From contig CBDHHL010000056.1 of assembly GCA_965263355.1 (NCBI GenBank), positions 2,176,001-2,240,000 of the forward strand: 64,000 nt of DNA, read 5' to 3'. Of this stretch, positions 22,500-32,756 are shown one piece after another. Positions within the stretch are counted from its first letter, which is position 1, and each line of letters opens with the position of its first letter. The notes below the pieces were generated by a model, which saw only the letters and a list, made by a program, of their open reading frames with translations, was not told the origin of the DNA and made no database searches. This DNA is from Leptolyngbyaceae cyanobacterium (lineage in GTDB: Bacteria; Cyanobacteriota; Cyanobacteriia; Phormidesmidales; Phormidesmidaceae). Both the position numbers and the translations under genes were made by a program.

Positions 22500-23156
22500 G
22501 TGGCTAAGGTAAACGAAAAGCAAGTAGTCCCCAAAGTCCTAGTGGTTCTAAATGGTAAGGGGGGAGTAGGTAAAACGACCACCGCCGTTAATTTAGCTGC
22601 AATTTTTGCAGAAGATCGACGGGTTTTACTTATAGATAGCGATCTGCAACGATCTGCAACCTGGTGGCTGGAACGGGTACACCAAGCATTTGACTTTTCC
22701 CACGAGACCGACACTGAGATGCTGGGGCAGCTGAAGTCCTTGGGGGATTATGAACTAATTGTGGTCGATACGCCCCCAGCGTTACACTCTAAGTCCATAG
22801 GTACTGTGTTAACGGTGGCAGATTATCTGCTATTGCCTACCCCACCAGCACCCATGGATGTTACAGCTTTAATCACAACTGTCAAAACCATTGTTCAACC
22901 TTCTGGGGTTTTTCATCGGGTATTGCTGACAAAGGTTGATTCCCGTAGTTTAAAGGAAGCGCAGGAAGCTCAAACCATGCTGGAAAAGTTGGATATTTCC
23001 GCTTTTCAAACCTATATACGAACTTACAAAGCCCACGAACGAGCTGCTATGGAAGGTTGCGCTATTAGTCAATGGAAGGGGCCAAACGCTCAAGAGGCGC
23101 AAGCCGACTATTACCAAGTTGCCGCTGAAGTCCTAAGGGACTGGAAAAAATTATGA
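22500..23156 (+). CDS. mcdA: ParA-type ATPase, type 2 carboxysome-positioning McdA
   Basis: Deviant Walker A KGGVGKTT, SATWW double tryptophan, VVDTPP; overlaps the downstream McdB-like gene. Confidence 0.82.
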   Translation: MAKVNEKQVVPKVLVVLNGKGGVGKTTTAVNLAAIFAEDRRVLLIDSDLQRSATWWLERVHQAFDFSHETDTEMLGQLKSLGDYELIVVDTPPALHSKSIGTVLTVADYLLLPTPPAPMDVTALITTVKTIVQPSGVFHRVLLTKVDSRSLKEAQEAQTMLEKLDISAFQTYIRTYKAHERAAMEGCAISQWKGPNAQEAQADYYQVAAEVLRDWKKL

Positions 23157-23791
23157 CGAAAAAACGCATTGCCGACCTGCTCAAAGAAGAAGTCGAAAAA
23201 ACCAACGAAACTACCCAAGCTCCAGCAGACAATGAATCGCAGGAAGCTGGGGCAAAGGCTAACGCAACAACGGACAAATCATCCGCTGACACAAGCCCAA
23301 ATCGGACCAAGAAACGTACCAGTAAAGCATCGACCACAGCAAAACAGACAAATGCAGAAGATGCGAACAACATTGCTGCCCTTGAGAAGCAGATAACTGA
23401 ATTAGAAGCATCGCTCAAACAAGCCAAAGAACAAATCTCTGGGTTGCAAGACGATATCAAAACTCATCAAACTCGGATTTTTGAACTGAAAGATGAGCTA
23501 GACGCCTCACAAAAGAGCGAGTCAGAAAAGGCTACGGAACTTGCTAAAGCCAATGAGGAGCTAGAAACTGCTAAAGAAACGATTCGGCAGATTACGGCCC
23601 ATCATGAAAAGGCCACTAAGCCAGAAGAAGCCTCTCAGAAAGTAATCCATGGGGCTGATTTAGCAATAAATCGTAACACACTGAGTCTGAGAAATCGTCC
23701 CAGTAGTTACAAAGCCATTCCTGATTATGCCATTCAACGCGGAGAGCAAAATACTATGCTCTCTGATGACGACATTGGCTGGGTTGATTAG
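23153..23791 (+). CDS. mcdB: Carboxysome-positioning adaptor McdB (type 2)
   Basis: Basic N-terminus MTKKRIADLL, disordered linker, central coiled coil, C-terminal DDDIGWVD with near-terminal Trp; ATGA overlap with mcdA. Confidence 0.78.
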   Translation: MTKKRIADLLKEEVEKTNETTQAPADNESQEAGAKANATTDKSSADTSPNRTKKRTSKASTTAKQTNAEDANNIAALEKQITELEASLKQAKEQISGLQDDIKTHQTRIFELKDELDASQKSESEKATELAKANEELETAKETIRQITAHHEKATKPEEASQKVIHGADLAINRNTLSLRNRPSSYKAIPDYAIQRGEQNTMLSDDDIGWVD

Positions 23792-23951
23792 GAACTACTG
23801 CTTAATACAACCGGATATGCGTGTCAGGCATTGGAATGCTGTCATAAGAGCTGGGGCAGGCTCCGTACAGCTACAAAGCCTGCTGAGCAACAAGATCACC
23901 AGTCACCACACTCAAGTGATTCCCGATTCTGGCATCATACGTTTAGCAAGT

Positions 23952-24797
23952 CTAAATTTGGTTAGTCGCAAACGTATTGCACTGTTCAATATCCCCTGTG
24001 GCTAGCCCTTGCTTAAACCAGCGCATACGCTGGGCAGAGCTGCCATGGGTGAAGGATTCAGGCACCACAAACCCGCGAGATTGCTGCTGCAAACGATCAT
24101 CCCCAATTTGACTAGCAGCATTGAGCGCCTCTTCAATATCACCGCGCTCTAAAATATCACGAGCCCGATCAGCCCGGTTGGCCCATATTCCTGCAAAACA
24201 ATCAGCCTGTAGTTCTAAACGGACTGATAACTGATTAGCTTGGACTTTGCTAGCACGACTTTGAAGCTGGCGCACCTGATTAGAAATTCCCAAAACATTC
24301 TGCACATGATGCCCAACTTCATGGGCAACAACATAAGCCTGGGCAAAGTCACCAGGGGCTTGGTGACGACTCTTCAAATCACTATAAAAACTCAAATCGA
24401 TGTAAACCTGCTGATCAGCTGGACAGTAAAACGGCCCCATAGCAGCTTGACCTAAACCACAGGCAGACTGGGTCGAACCAGAATATAGAACTAACGTAGG
24501 TTCTGGGTAATCTTCACCAATTTGCTCTCGAAAAATTTGGCTCCAGGTATCTTCGGTATCGGCTAATACCACAGAGGTGAAGTCCGCCAGTTCATCTTCA
24601 GCAAGCGATGTCTGACGTGGTTGTGATGGTGATTGGATCGAATTTCCAGAATCTAACACAACGTTTGGATCACCACCTAGTAACATGACAACCACGGCTA
24701 AGACTAATGTTCCTAATCCTCCTCCTCCGACAATCAGAGAACTGGTAGCTCCACGGCGATCATCGATATTGCTACTGCGCCGCCCTGTTTTTTTCAT
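23952..24797 (-). CDS. Neutral zinc metallopeptidase (YpfJ family)
   Basis: [47 protein letters not shown]. Confidence 0.92.
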   Translation of the reverse strand: MKKTGRRSSNIDDRRGATSSLIVGGGGLGTLVLAVVVMLLGGDPNVVLDSGNSIQSPSQPRQTSLAEDELADFTSVVLADTEDTWSQIFREQIGEDYPEPTLVLYSGSTQSACGLGQAAMGPFYCPADQQVYIDLSFYSDLKSRHQAPGDFAQAYVVAHEVGHHVQNVLGISNQVRQLQSRASKVQANQLSVRLELQADCFAGIWANRADRARDILERGDIEEALNAASQIGDDRLQQQSRGFVVPESFTHGSSAQRMRWFKQGLATGDIEQCNTFATNQI

Positions 24798-24935
24798 AAC
24801 TGGCCCCTAGGTGTGTCGTAACAAATTGGATTTAAAAAAATTTACACGTAAGCACTCTAGGTACTTGTACGGAATATATCATCGCTATCTATAGCCATAC
24901 ATCAAACCAAGGAATCTCTTAGTATTCAGTACCGA

Positions 24936-25703
24936 TTAATTCTCCTTGCCCACCCGTTTGGTCAGGGCCTCGATATACCGATCAATGCGGTGGTCTTGCA
25001 GACTCCCCGAGAGAATCCGCCAGGTGAATCCAACACTAAACCGTATACGGGTATCGACATGACGGTACCCCTGCCAGCGTCGAGGAAGTCCACACACGAC
25101 ATCATTGCCATTGACAAACCGCCAGGAATGGGGGACTCGGCGAGTATATGAATCTGCAAAAGCCTTATTGCCAATGCGCGGAGCACCAAATGTATAAACC
25201 TCTACTGAGACATCAGGGGCAAAGTTATATTGCAAATCCACCGCACACAACTTAGCCAAAGCTCCACCCAGACTATGACCAGTGACAACCCAATGCTTTA
25301 ATGCACTGGGTTTTACCATGTTATGGATTAAAGCCCGCACCGCCAGATAAGCCTTGGTAAATCCAGTGTGCATTTTTACGCCAGATCTGGATGCCTCATA
25401 GACATCAGGATAATCCAGATGCCTATCATTTAATACTGCACCAGTTACCGCAGACCATTGGGAGAAGTCTAAATTTGTTAACCAATCGCGGTCGGCATCG
25501 CTACCCCGGAAAACGATATATCCACACTGGGTAGCCGGATCTTCTAATAGGGCAACTTGGGTATCGGTTTCATCGATATCAAACAACGTTGGCACAATGC
25601 CAGGATCGATGCTGAAGCGAAGCGTATCTTTAAAGGCCCTATAGACTTCGTTGGATAGATGGGCACAGCGCAATGCGGTTTTATAATCCAGTTGCTTAGT
25701 CAT
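24936..25703 (-). CDS. Lipase, class 3 family
   Basis: FRGS, HTGF, TGHSLGGALA, YTFGAPRIGN. Confidence 0.9.
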   Translation of the reverse strand: MTKQLDYKTALRCAHLSNEVYRAFKDTLRFSIDPGIVPTLFDIDETDTQVALLEDPATQCGYIVFRGSDADRDWLTNLDFSQWSAVTGAVLNDRHLDYPDVYEASRSGVKMHTGFTKAYLAVRALIHNMVKPSALKHWVVTGHSLGGALAKLCAVDLQYNFAPDVSVEVYTFGAPRIGNKAFADSYTRRVPHSWRFVNGNDVVCGLPRRWQGYRHVDTRIRFSVGFTWRILSGSLQDHRIDRYIEALTKRVGKEN

Positions 25704-25814
25704 ATCCTTCAGTCTATTTCAAATACTCTTGGGCCAGTTTGCCGCAGAGAATCAGAGTTCTGACAACTCAGTGATAAAAATTAAGCGTCAAAAAAATGTT
25801 TCAACTTCCAGGGC

Positions 25815-25976
25815 CTAGTGGTCTGTCAAGCCTAAGATTTAGGATGAGACCAGTAAAGAGTGAAGAGCCAAACGGGATGAATAGTGACGCTTTACCCTGC
25901 AGCCCTGGGAATCTGGCTCACGCTAGTACTCTTCATCAATATAGAATCCTAATCTTTAGCGTTGACGCTGCACTAG
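25815..25976. mobile_element. MITE-like element, copy 1
   Basis: Ends CTAGTGGTCTGTCAAGCCTAAGATTTAGGAT and ATCCTAATCTTTAGCGTTGACGCTGCACTAG form an imperfect IR; homologous to 50169-50297. Confidence 0.72.
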
Positions 25977-26028
25977 GCTCTCAAATGATTTAAGCCCGAT
26001 GAATCTAAGTCAATGGTATAGATAAACT

Positions 26029-29000
26029 CTAAGCATTAACCAGAGGAGCCGTCTTCGCCTTAAAATCAGCAGCTTTGAGTGCCGTCACAGCCTCGTCAGG
26101 ATCTTTTACCCGAAACTGAGCCCCAAGACGTACCACTTGGCGCTGTCCTTTATAGCTAATCATGGCAACGACAGGAACTTTTGCATCACGCTTATCTTCA
26201 CCTTGTTGGTTTTGAATAACATTGCGAAGACGATTTTGCTGAACGATATCGCCGGCAATAGATGGAGGCAGTTCTAGAGTGACTAGACGAACATCTTCAA
26301 TTGGCTCAGCATCATCGACAATCAGCTGAACCTGCTCATCTCTACGATCAACTTTGCCCCAAATCATTAAGCGAGCATCGGGTTTAATATGCATACCAAT
26401 CCGGGCATAGGACTTGGGAAAAACAACCGCTTCAGCTTGGCCACTGAGATCTTCGATCTGCAGAATTGCCATACTATCACCCTTTTTGGTAGTGATGGGC
26501 TTCATTGCACTGATCATAACGATGGCACTGAGCGTCAGTTTCTCAGGTTGTTCGGCCAGTTCCGCCAGACTAATGGGGGCCAAAATACGGGCTGGACGCT
26601 GGATCGACTTAAGGGGATGATCCGAAATATAAAAACCTAGCAGCTCCTTTTCTAAACGCAGTCGCTCTTGGGGCTCATAATCATCCATAGACGGCGCTTT
26701 GGGAGCAGATTCATAGGCACTGGCACTATCATTAGTATGACTAGAGGTGCTAGTATCGCTTCCACCCAACATCATATCGAAAATATTGCCTTGGCCAATT
26801 TCGCGATCTTTGGCACGAGACTGAGCCCAGTCAATTACAAACTCTAGGTCGGCCATGAGCTGACGACGGTTATCTTTCACACTGTCGAGAGCACCGGAGT
26901 GGATTAGGGCTTCTAGGGCACGACGGTTGACGGCACGAAGATCTATGCGATCGCACAACTCCGCCAACGATTTAAACACCCCATCCTCCTCACGACTCTG
27001 CAAAATCGTCTCAATCGCCCCCAAACCGACGTTTCGCACCGCTGATAGACCAAATAAAATGCTATTCCCTTCCGGTGTAAAGTCCACACCGGAATGATTC
27101 ACATCCGGCGGCAACACCTCAATCCCCATACTGACGCAGTTAGCAATGTGCATCTGTACCTTATCTTGATCACCACTGATGGCCGTCAAGAGTGCCGCCA
27201 TATACTCAACCGGATAATTCGCCTTGAGGTAGGCTGTCTGATAAGTGACATACCCATAGGCCATAGAGTGGCTTTTGTTAAAGCAGTACTGGGCAAAGTT
27301 CACCATCTGGTCCCAAAGCTCTTCCACGGTCTTTTTGGGAACGCCATTTGCTACGGAGCCCTCGATGAATTTACCTCGGTGCATATCCATTGCCGCCTGC
27401 TTTTTCTTACCCATGGCACGACGTAGCAAGTCTGCTTCACCCAGAGAGTATCCAGCCATATCCTGGGCAATTTTCATGATCTGCTCCTGGAAAATCATGA
27501 TGCCGTAGGTCTCTTCTAAAATCGGTTGAATCAGCTCGTGGGGGTAATCGATCTGCTCACGACCGTGTTTGCGGTCAATAAACTTAGGAATTAAACCGGC
27601 ATCCAGCGGACCTGGTCGATAGAGCGCAAGAACTGACGAAATATCATCGAGACCGTCAGGCTTCAGATCTCGTACAATCTGCCGCATACCAGAGGATTCC
27701 AGCTGGAATACACCACCCAGCTCACCACGACTCAGCAGCTTGTAGGTTTCTGGATCGTTGTAAGCGACCTTATCCATATCCAGGGTTTCACCACGGGTCT
27801 GTTCCACATAATCCACTGCCTTTTGGATCATGGTGAGGTTACGCAGACCCAAAAAGTCCATCTTTAGTAAACCTACGGCTTCTACATCTTCCATGTAGTA
27901 CTGGGTAATCACTGCGCCGTCATTATTGCGTTGTAGCGGCACCAGTTCATCCAGCGGCTTAGCTGAAATCACCACACCAGCAGCATGCATGCCAAAAGTT
28001 TTGTTGGTACCTTCAATGGTGATGGCCATATCAAGCCAGCGCTGATAGGTAACGGCTGTTCCTGGCACCAGATCACCACTGGCATACTTTTCCTCAAACA
28101 TCTTCTCAGGGGTTTTTTCAGGATCAATCATCACCTTTAGTTTGGTGGGTTTACCCCGAGCCACTGGAATCATTTTCGCCATTTTGTCAGATTCACCGTA
28201 GGGAATATCCAACACGCGGGCCACGTCCTTAAGCACCGCTTTAGAGGTCATGCGGTTAAAGGTGATGATCTGGGCAACGTGGTCTTTGCCGTACTTTTCA
28301 GTCACATATTCGATCACCTTCTCCCGCTTTTCGATGCAGAAGTCGGTATCGACGTCAGGCATGGACTTACGTTCAGGGTTTAAGAAGCGCTCGAACAGTA
28401 GACCATGGTGCACCGGATCGATGTTGGTAATACCCATGCAATAGGCCACGAGGGAACCTGCTGCCGACCCTCGCCCTGGGCCAACTGGAATTTTGGTATC
28501 TCGCGCGAACTTGATGTAGTCCCACACCACCAGAAAGTAGGTAGCAAAACCCATTTGGTGCATCATCTGGATTTCGTATTCCAGTCGTGCTTGATACTCT
28601 GGTGGTGCTTCGTCGTAGGAATCGATCTCTAACCGTTCGAGCAAACCATCGCGGGAAACCTTAGCCATGTAAGTTTCGCCAGTGTGGCCCTCGGGTACTG
28701 GAAAATTAGGAATCTGGGGATTACCGAGGATTTCGTATTCTTCGACTTTTTCAGCAACTTCAACGGTGTTGGCAACGGCTTCATCGATGACATCCTGGGG
28801 CAGGTGGTCGCGGAAAAGGCGACGCATTTCTTCAGCGGATTTTAGATACTCGGTACCGCTGTATCGCAGGCGTTTATCTTCGGTGACGAGCTTGCCAGTT
28901 TGAATGCAAAGCAGTGCATCGTGGGCTTCTACATCGACACAGGAAATAAAGTGGGAATCATTGGTGGCAATTATTTTGATGTCTAGCTCGCGGGCAATGC

Positions 29001-29574
29001 GAACGATTTCCACATTTACAATGCGGTCCTCGGGGGAGCCGTGATCTTGAACTTCTAAATAGTAATCTTCGCCAAAGAGATCTTTATACCATTTGGCTAC
29101 GCGGTAGGCGACATCCAGGCGATTTTGCATGATTGCCTGAGGCACTTCACCACCGAGACAGGCGCTAGTGACTATTAGGCCTTCGTGATATTGCTCTAGC
29201 AGGTCTTTGTTGATGCAGGGACGGGAAAAGATACCGCGACCTTGGACTCCGTCTAGGTGAGATTTGGTGGTGAGCTTGACTAGATTTTTGTAGCCCTGGG
29301 TATTTTTGGCGAGGATGACTTGATGATAACGGGGGCGTTTTTCTTGCTTAGTGATGTCGCCGTTAATCAGGTACATTTCGTTGCCGATGATGGGCTTAAT
29401 GCCTGCTTTTTTGCAGGTCTTTAGCAGCTCAATGGCTCCATACATAACACCATGATCGGTGAGAGCAATGGCGGGCATACCCATCTCAACAGCCTTAGCG
29501 GCCAGTGGCTCTAGCTGACTGGCTCCATCAAGTAAGCTGTAATCGCTATGGATATGCAGACCAACAAAGGACAT
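26029..29574 (-). CDS. dnaE: DNA polymerase III alpha subunit, contiguous and intein-free
   Basis: PHP domain [37 protein letters not shown]-terminal OB fold; 1181 aa. Confidence 0.97.
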   Translation of the reverse strand: MSFVGLHIHSDYSLLDGASQLEPLAAKAVEMGMPAIALTDHGVMYGAIELLKTCKKAGIKPIIGNEMYLINGDITKQEKRPRYHQVILAKNTQGYKNLVKLTTKSHLDGVQGRGIFSRPCINKDLLEQYHEGLIVTSACLGGEVPQAIMQNRLDVAYRVAKWYKDLFGEDYYLEVQDHGSPEDRIVNVEIVRIARELDIKIIATNDSHFISCVDVEAHDALLCIQTGKLVTEDKRLRYSGTEYLKSAEEMRRLFRDHLPQDVIDEAVANTVEVAEKVEEYEILGNPQIPNFPVPEGHTGETYMAKVSRDGLLERLEIDSYDEAPPEYQARLEYEIQMMHQMGFATYFLVVWDYIKFARDTKIPVGPGRGSAAGSLVAYCMGITNIDPVHHGLLFERFLNPERKSMPDVDTDFCIEKREKVIEYVTEKYGKDHVAQIITFNRMTSKAVLKDVARVLDIPYGESDKMAKMIPVARGKPTKLKVMIDPEKTPEKMFEEKYASGDLVPGTAVTYQRWLDMAITIEGTNKTFGMHAAGVVISAKPLDELVPLQRNNDGAVITQYYMEDVEAVGLLKMDFLGLRNLTMIQKAVDYVEQTRGETLDMDKVAYNDPETYKLLSRGELGGVFQLESSGMRQIVRDLKPDGLDDISSVLALYRPGPLDAGLIPKFIDRKHGREQIDYPHELIQPILEETYGIMIFQEQIMKIAQDMAGYSLGEADLLRRAMGKKKQAAMDMHRGKFIEGSVANGVPKKTVEELWDQMVNFAQYCFNKSHSMAYGYVTYQTAYLKANYPVEYMAALLTAISGDQDKVQMHIANCVSMGIEVLPPDVNHSGVDFTPEGNSILFGLSAVRNVGLGAIETILQSREEDGVFKSLAELCDRIDLRAVNRRALEALIHSGALDSVKDNRRQLMADLEFVIDWAQSRAKDREIGQGNIFDMMLGGSDTSTSSHTNDSASAYESAPKAPSMDDYEPQERLRLEKELLGFYISDHPLKSIQRPARILAPISLAELAEQPEKLTLSAIVMISAMKPITTKKGDSMAILQIEDLSGQAEAVVFPKSYARIGMHIKPDARLMIWGKVDRRDEQVQLIVDDAEPIEDVRLVTLELPPSIAGDIVQQNRLRNVIQNQQGEDKRDAKVPVVAMISYKGQRQVVRLGAQFRVKDPDEAVTALKAADFKAKTAPLVNA

Positions 29575-29591
29575 AAAACGGGCCCACCTTT

Positions 29592-29605
29592 AGTACAAGT
29601 ATACT
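29592..29605. promoter_or_regulatory. Putative LexA box upstream of dnaE
   Basis: AGTACAAGTATACT: one mismatch to the cyanobacterial AGTAC-N4-GTACT consensus, 18-31 nt before the dnaE ATG. Confidence 0.45.
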
Positions 29606-29717
29606 CCAAAAAGCTTGTGAGTCATCGCGTTGGGAAACCACTAGCTGTAGAGTCTGGATTATAAGGTTAGCCGATTTATAGCGCTACATCTAGTTAATTT
29701 AACGATAGATTTCTAGG

Positions 29718-29996
29718 TTACGGTAACAATGCCCAATAAAATGCCAAGGTTGGAGTTGGATCGATGGCAATTGGCAATTGCTGCATCAACTGAAGGATTT
29801 CCTGAGCATTCTCTCTACTCAAACATCCGCGTCGCTCAGCTACCAATAAAACATTAACTAGCTCAGTCCAAAAGATCGCAGGGACAATAGCCTGATTTGA
29901 AGCCTGCACAAGCAACCGAATCGCATCCGCTGCAGCGTTTTCCTCGTCTGGCATGCACCAGCTAATGGTCACTGAGCCATCTAGGACAAATTGCAT
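29718..29996 (-). pseudogene. Truncated PIN-domain (VapC) toxin
   Basis: FVLDGSV..SW and E..NVLL.AERR PIN N-terminus; ends at 92 aa without the YDA.Y...LAT.D C-terminal motifs. Confidence 0.75.
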
Positions 29997-30338
29997 TTAG
30001 TATCGCCGCCCAATGTCGCGGGCGTCACGTACAGATAGTTCGCCTAGTGAAAAATGCTGACTAATGGCTTTGAGGCGTTGCCAAATAAGTTGCAGATTAG
30101 AAGTGAAAGCAGGCGTTTGGATTGTCACAGGACTGCCATTATGGCCTTGGCGTTTGGCATTAGCTTTTAGCTGCTGCTGTAGGGCATCAAGGATAGTTCC
30201 TTAAGATTGTTGGGGAGCCAGGTTATGAACTACGATTGCCTGTGCTTCAGCCTCAATAGTCCGTCCTGACTACTGAGCACGGGCTTGCAATTGAGCCATG
30301 GCTGTCGGTGTTAGTGTAAGCCTAATAGCATCAGACAT
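29997..30338 (-). pseudogene. Antitoxin pseudogene (FitA/RHH-like) with two in-frame stops
   Basis: MSDAIRLTLTPTAMAQLQARAQ*SGRTIEAEAQAIV...QQS*...GELSVRDARDIGRRY; stops at 30270-30272 and 30201-30203; abuts the PIN ATG. Confidence 0.72.
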
Positions 30339-30430
30339 CGCGCTTACTTATGGTATTAAGCGTCATTGTAGTTAGCATTCACGTTGGGGTGCAAGAATTG
30401 ATGGGTTGAGATCTCAGGATTGGTGGGTTG

Positions 30431-30468
30431 TGGGTGCGATCGCACCCAAGCACAAGGCATTGTCCCTA
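30431..30468. repeat. HIP1-centred 18-bp palindrome plus REP-like half
   Basis: TGGGTGCGATCGCACCCA followed by GCACAAGGCATTGTCCCTAC. Confidence 0.6.
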
Positions 30469-30523
30469 CAGCATTATCTATTTTGCAGCAGGAGCGAGAG
30501 TTGATGAGCACCACGCCGATCCC

Positions 30524-30615
30524 TCCCCTCCTCGGAGGGGTGCCCAACGGGCGGGGTGGGTCTCGATCCCTTGCGCCAACGGCCAATCCACCCCTTCGCC
30601 CCTCCCCGGAGGGGA
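30524..30615. repeat. GC-rich nested palindromic repeat
   Basis: TCCCCTCCTCGGAGGGG...GGGGTGG / CCACCCC...CCCCTCCCCGGAGGGGA. Confidence 0.65.
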
Positions 30616-30694
30616 AAGGTTATCCTGCTGTGGATCTAAGCGTCGGCCCGTGATGCTTCTTTGCCTGTGAAAGTTGTGAAGCTCACATCCACGT

Positions 30695-30832
30695 CCGGTT
30701 GAAAACCAGGCGCTAATTGGGTGCTGTCTGCTAAAGCGACAAAACCACTCATACTATTTGGAGCACTGAACTGATATGTTACGAACCCCTTTTAGTGGGT
30801 TTTGATCCAGTTAGCCCTGGGTTTTGAACTGG
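30695..30832. repeat. Degenerate REP/MITE-like inverted-repeat element
   Basis: CCGGTTGAAAACCAGGCGCTAATTGG and CCAGTTAGCCCTGGGTTTTGAACTGG form an imperfect ~26-bp IR. Confidence 0.55.
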
Positions 30833-30922
30833 GCGAGATAGAGCTACTTACTGTTAAATATCAGGAACTTGCAAGTTCGTCTCTGGGTGTCTTCGATGCC
30901 TGTGGTTGTCTATTCCAACTAA

Positions 30923-31024
30923 CTAGCCAAACGCAAATCCATCTCGTTCGATAATGTGCTGTTCACGCTCACCAGTAAGTTCAACATCAGCATCCAAATA
31001 GGGACAAGTAAACAATTGGCCCAT
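30923..31024 (-). pseudogene. Short gene fragment resembling the N-terminus of a toxin-like nuclease
   Basis: MGQLFTCPYLDADVELTGEREQHIIER then a premature stop; directly downstream of vapC. Confidence 0.4.
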
Positions 31025-31042
31025 AATCTCTATTGCGTTGCA

Positions 31043-31462
31043 TCAAGAACCAAAGGGATTATGTAGCTTTATCCCTGTCTTTTCAAAGTCCCCTGTATGA
31101 CGGGTGACTACAGTTAACCCATGCTCAAGCGCAGTTGCAGCAATCAGGGCATCGTAGTCTGACATGGGATCTGGCACATGGAGTGACGCACATCGTTTGG
31201 CAATGCTGATAGTAATGGGAATGATGCGATCAGCATAACCAGCCAACACATGGTCATTGAGCCACTGCCGCAGAACCTTGCCTTGAGCTTGATCTCTTCG
31301 CTCCATTAGCAACACGCCCCGTCCTAGCTCAAACACCGTTATGACTGAGATAAAGGTTTTGCCGCCGGGTGTCGCCTTGGCCCATTTTTCTACCTGAGAA
31401 TTAACGCGATCAGAGCCTATTTTACGTAATTCAGAAACCACATTGGTATCCAATAAGAACAT
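31043..31462 (-). CDS. vapC: Type II TA toxin, VapC/PIN family
   Basis: FLLDTNVVSELRK, DALIAATALEHGLTVVTR. Confidence 0.92.
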   Translation of the reverse strand: MFLLDTNVVSELRKIGSDRVNSQVEKWAKATPGGKTFISVITVFELGRGVLLMERRDQAQGKVLRQWLNDHVLAGYADRIIPITISIAKRCASLHVPDPMSDYDALIAATALEHGLTVVTRHTGDFEKTGIKLHNPFGS

Positions 31463-31499
31463 TAGTTTTCCCGTCCTTCAGTAGGCTCAACTCTAACCA

Positions 31500-31751
31500 T
31501 CAGGCCAGATCCACATCTCGTAAAGCCGCACCAGTCAGACGGATCGGATTGAACTCAATGTCAGCTGCTGCTGGCATCGCCAACAGGTCAGCGACGCTTT
31601 CAGTTTTCCCAATCAGTTTGTAGTAGTCGTCGATGGACAGCAGCACATGGGCTGGCGTGCCTCTATCAGTTATGAATACTGGTTCATGCTCGGCAGCACG
31701 CTTGGCTTTACCGACATCCTGGTTAAATTCGCGACTCGACATATTGTACAT
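31500..31751 (-). CDS. Type II TA antitoxin, Phd/YefM family
   Basis: SSREFNQDVGKAKRAA...PVFITDRGTPAHVLLSI; start codon uncertain. Confidence 0.9.
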   Translation of the reverse strand: MYNMSSREFNQDVGKAKRAAEHEPVFITDRGTPAHVLLSIDDYYKLIGKTESVADLLAMPAAADIEFNPIRLTGAALRDVDLA

Positions 31752-31761
31752 GGCAACCCCC

Positions 31762-31787
31762 ACAATGTAGTTACGTTGCTACATTGT
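31762..31787. promoter_or_regulatory. Palindromic operator of the Phd-VapC operon
   Basis: ACAATGTAG-N8-CTACATTGT immediately upstream of the antitoxin start. Confidence 0.65.
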
Positions 31788-31979
31788 AGGGTGTGGGAAT
31801 GAAAATGCCATGTTTAATCGCAACTAACCGCCCATTGGACCACGGTAAACGGAAAACTTATTTGAGTGGGTTCCTGGCCCTGCATCGGGTGCTGTTAGCG
31901 ACGCGTAACGTACCAAATTGAAAGACTCTAATATTTTGTCAGTCCTCAAAATTTGCATCATCGTAACCCTGTCAATGCC

Positions 31980-32756
31980 CTAAGACCGCAATAGCAGCAA
32001 TATCCCAGTAATTGACGCCGACATCAGAAAAATAAACCGCAAAAACCGATTTCCTTTTTTGATCCCCAAACTGGCCCCACAGTAACTGCCCAATAACGCC
32101 CCCCCAACCAGCCCTGGAGCCAAGGACCACACCGTATGGCCCAGAAAAATGTGGGAAGCCGCCCCAATCATATTCCAGAAAATCCCATTGGCCGATAGGG
32201 TCATGGCCGTAGCGTGAAGCTGGTCGTACCGAAAAAACTGCAAATACAAATAAGTAGTAAAAATCCCAGCCCCTGCTGTAATCCAGCCACTGTAAAACGC
32301 CATGGGCATCAGCATCAACGAAGCCAGACACCACAGTTTGGGCGACATCTGCCGGGGCTGATGCTCTAGATGATCGCCCTTGCGCAGAAAAGCCACCACC
32401 ACCATCACCAAAATGACAATGCCTAAAATGGGCCGCATGGTTTCACCGGACAGGCGACTGGCAAAACGAGTACCTAATATCACCAAGGGCACACCGGTCA
32501 ACCCTGTCCACCAAAACATCTGCCAATCAATCAGCCCAGCCTTGATATATCGATAGCCGCTGCCCAACCCAATAAAGCCAACCGCTAATTTATGGCAAGC
32601 TAAGGCATTTACAAAGGGCAAACCTAGCAATAAAAGAATCGGTAGCAAAATCAAGCCTGCCCCACCTCCGGCCAAACTCGAAAAAAAACAAGCAATAAAT
32701 GACGCGAGAAAACTGGCAACCATAAAGCCAGGGCTCATGTCAGGCATTACAGTCAT
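31980..32756 (-). CDS. Sulfite exporter TauE/SafE family protein
   Basis: GGGAGLILLP.L motif, multiple TM helices, internal two-fold repeat. Confidence 0.88.
   Translation of the reverse strand: MTVMPDMSPGFMVASFLASFIACFFSSLAGGGAGLILLPILLLLGLPFVNALACHKLAVGFIGLGSGYRYIKAGLIDWQMFWWTGLTGVPLVILGTRFASRLSGETMRPILGIVILVMVVVAFLRKGDHLEHQPRQMSPKLWCLASLMLMPMAFYSGWITAGAGIFTTYLYLQFFRYDQLHATAMTLSANGIFWNMIGAASHIFLGHTVWSLAPGLVGGALLGSYCGASLGIKKGNRFLRFIFLMSASITGILLLLRS

Noticed and set aside
22500..23791. Plasmid or prophage partition cassette
   Set aside because: Flanked by core genes with no replicon, integrase or centromere repeats; features fit McdAB
23810..23940. Weak inverted repeats between mcdB and the metallopeptidase gene
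   Set aside because: Pairing is too degenerate to call an element; probably terminator-like hairpins
25796..25993. 65-aa ORF
   Set aside because: Coincides with the MITE-like element
30356..30670. Three overlapping 76-80 aa ORFs
   Set aside because: They arise from GC-rich palindromic repeats and have no protein-like features
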